Program-made: the position numbers and the translations under genes
Part shown: piece after piece, positions 63,007 through 64,000 of the stretch
Layout of the letters: each line of letters begins with the position of its first letter
Numbering within the stretch: the first letter of the stretch is position 1
Notes under the pieces: generated by a model
Seen by the model: only the letters and a program-made list of their open reading frames with translations
What the model was told of the DNA's origin: nothing
The model's database searches: none
NCBI GenBank assembly: GCA_963727825.1
Contig: CAVSHO010000009.1
Coordinates: forward strand, 640,001-704,000
Source: Ignavibacteriota bacterium
GTDB lineage: Bacteria; Bacteroidota; Ignavibacteria; UBA10030
Length of the DNA: 64,000 bases
Direction: 5' to 3'

Positions 63007-64000
63007 TTATGAAGGAATAAAAATCCCTCTTCCATCTTCAAAATACTTTTTTCTGAACCACAATGCAACATTTACTAAAGAAATTAGTACTGGAACTTCA
63101 ACCAATGGACCTATAACGGCTGCAAATGCAACGCCAGAGTTGATACCGAAAACTGCGATTGAGACCGCTATCGCTAATTCAAAGTTATTGCTTGCGGCAG
63201 TAAAGGAAAGCGTTGCGGACTTTGCATAATCGGCTCCAGACTTTTTTGCGAGATAAAACGAAATCAAAAACATTATTACAAAATACACAACGAGTGGAAT
63301 AGCTATTCGAATAACATCAAGCGGAATCTTTACAATGTATTCACCTTTCAGTGAAAACATAACCACGATTGTAAATAAAAGTGCAATTAATGTTATCGGT
63401 GATATCTTAGGAATAAATTTCTGCTCATACCATTGTTTGTTCTTCAGTCTGAGTAATGTGAACCTTGTGATGATGCCAGCAATGAAGGGGATGCCAAGAT
63501 AGATAAAAACGCTTTTTGCTATTTGTCCTATCGTGATATCAACTGCGAAGGTTTTCAAACCAAGCCAAGCAGGGAACATGGTGAGAAACACATAAGCATA
63601 TACTGAAAAGAATAACACTTGGAAGATTGAGTTGAAAGCAACAAGTCCTGCGGCATATTCAGTGTCTCCTTTCGCTAGTTCGTTCCATACAATTACCATT
63701 GCAATACATCGAGCTAGGCCGATTATGATGAGGCCAGCCATATACTCCGGATATCCTCGAAGAAAGATGACCGCAAGTATGAACATCAATACCGGTCCAA
63801 CAAGCCAATTCTGGATGAGCGAAAGTGTCAGCAAGCGTGCATTCTTGAACACATCGCCAAGTTCTTCATACTTCACCTTGGCGAGCGGTGGATACATCAT
63901 CAGAATTAGTCCGATGGCAATAGGGATGTTGGTTGTTCCAGACTGAAAGGAATTCCAAAAACTCACAATGCCGGGGAAGAAATATCCGGAAAGAACGCCT
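63007..64000 (-). CDS. acr3: ACR3 family arsenite efflux transporter (5' end outside window)
   Basis: [35 protein letters not shown] and GPLVEVPV motifs. Confidence 0.95.
   Translation of the reverse strand, partial: GVLSGYFFPGIVSFWNSFQSGTTNIPIAIGLILMMYPPLAKVKYEELGDVFKNARLLTLSLIQNWLVGPVLMFILAVIFLRGYPEYMAGLIIIGLARCIAMVIVWNELAKGDTEYAAGLVAFNSIFQVLFFSVYAYVFLTMFPAWLGLKTFAVDITIGQIAKSVFIYLGIPFIAGIITRFTLLRLKNKQWYEQKFIPKISPITLIALLFTIVVMFSLKGEYIVKIPLDVIRIAIPLVVYFVIMFLISFYLAKKSGADYAKSATLSFTAASNNFELAIAVSIAVFGINSGVAFAAVIGPLVEVPVLISLVNVALWFRKKYFEDGRGIFIPS

Overview
A gene-dense bacterial chromosome segment. Gene content and protein style suggest an Ignavibacteria/Chlorobi-Bacteroidota-related facultative anaerobe (inference). 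No transposase, prophage or CRISPR array is seen. Left (1-19.6 kb): the end of a Lon-type protease, a K+ channel, a cupin and cydAB on the + strand. These converge on a minus-strand respiratory operon: Alternative Complex III (actA-small ORF-actB-actC-actDE-actF), a membrane cytochrome c, Sco, an A2-type heme-copper oxidase (I-III-IV-II), a polytopic cytochrome c and heme o synthase. Middle: tRNA-Val(TAC), a short asparaginase, a HAMP-GAF histidine kinase, pfkA and a MarR-led quinone/aromatic stress cluster. From 26.5 to 54.8 kb runs an apparently continuous 21-gene amino-acid superoperon (ilvD-ilvB-ilvN-gltBD-ilvC-cimA-aroF-leuA-racemase-osmC-leuC-methyltransferase-leuD-proC-leuB-hom-thrA-apgM-lysE-thrC). 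It is preceded by a 51-aa Val/Leu/Ile/Thr-rich leader peptide, missing from the ORF track, with mutually exclusive RNA stems but no classical U-tract terminator. This is the most interesting element in the window. Right: an atypical DksA/TraR-like protein, a DHOD-like flavoprotein, nifJ, prfC, a C_GCAxxG_C_C protein and a partial acr3. At least seven single-base +1 insertions break or fuse genes; the simplest explanation is sequencing or assembly error.
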